From Neoconidiobolus thromboides FSU 785 (lineage: Eukaryota; Fungi; Entomophthoromycota), in contig MU626284.1 in the NCBI GenBank assembly GCA_025603075.1, forward strand, positions 1 to 64,000: 64,000 bases of DNA, written 5' to 3'. The notes beneath the pieces were generated by a model. It saw only the letters and a list, made by a program, of their open reading frames with translations, searched no databases and was not told the origin of the DNA. Below, piece by piece: positions 63,112 to 64,000 of the stretch. The position numbers and the translations under genes were made by a program. Position 1 is the stretch's first letter, and every line of letters starts with the position of its first letter.

Positions 63112-64000
63112 TTATAATGATAGTTCAGGTTCAAGTTAGTTGTTGACTGCACAGGTACGATAAAATCAGTTTAGATAAGTTGAAAGATGAAATGGAATGA
63201 GAAACTATAATTTATAAATTTATAAATTTTGCTTTTTTCATTTTTCTAATCTTGAATAAATTGTGATTCTTTAGTGAGCGATATTTTGGTTTCAAAATGG
63301 CTTAGAGGAGGGTATTGTCGTCGACTTTTATTGGATGAAATTAGAAAAATAGTAGATATTGATTAGCTGAATTTATTAATCAGTTGTTATTTTTGGATTT
63401 TAACTTAAATCATTGGTTTGGGCAAATGGATAATAGCTTTTATTATGGTCCATATGAGAATTGCAAAGTTAAATAAGTTAATACTAATATTAATAATATT
63501 AATTTATTAATAAAAATAGTATTATTATATGTAGTACTATAAGATATATAAGTAAATATTAATGATCATAATAGTATAATAGTGATAATAGTGGCTTTAT
63601 TAATATTTTATTTTCATAATAAATCGTCCATTTTAATTAATTAATAGTAGTTAAGTAATAAGTTTTTGGATTAAAATTAACGGTAATATAATAAATCGTA
63701 AAGATATTAGCAGTTTATTGGTTTATCATGCACTCATGATTATAAAGATGATTAGTTGAGAGTGTATGAAAAGATATTTGAATTTGATTGTAAAAGTCAC
63801 CATCTTCATCAATACACAAGTCACAACCAATCATATTATTAGCCGAAATTAAAGTAGGCTAAATAATTGTTTTTTCTGCAAATTCTGTTATTGCTATTTG
63901 CTGTTTTTTTGGTTCTATTGTAATTTACTCACATTTATTACCCTCTTTACCCTTAACCGATTTAAGAAATTCTCAATTAAATATTTTATTACAAGTTGTA

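Overview
AT-rich (about 75-80% AT by eye) eukaryotic DNA with many short (about 45-60 bp) GT-AG introns. This is consistent with an early-diverging fungus; an Entomophthorales/Conidiobolus-type genome is an inference only. Conserved genes: GCN2, an ABITRAM/Simiate homolog, CWF19L2, glucosylceramide synthase, a CLC channel, CK2 beta, LSM1, folylpolyglutamate synthase, a PSP1-domain protein, a mitochondrial TPR protein, eIF6, GAR1, RPL35 and a COPI-associated (Tvp15-like) protein. The accessory parts hold (i) an unrecognised family of about 190-200 aa two-transmembrane proteins with C-terminal PPxY motifs (4 intact genes and 3 pseudogenes in two inverted clusters), (ii) about 21 copies of a roughly 96-bp MITE, one with a matching empty site in a duplicated block, (iii) an intronless stand-alone EF-Tu G-domain protein with degenerate switch motifs, (iv) small proteins with HARE-HTH-like and SERTA-like domains, and (v) a secreted precursor with Kex2-type sites. 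Exon boundaries were assigned by eye. All family assignments come from remembered motifs, not database searches.
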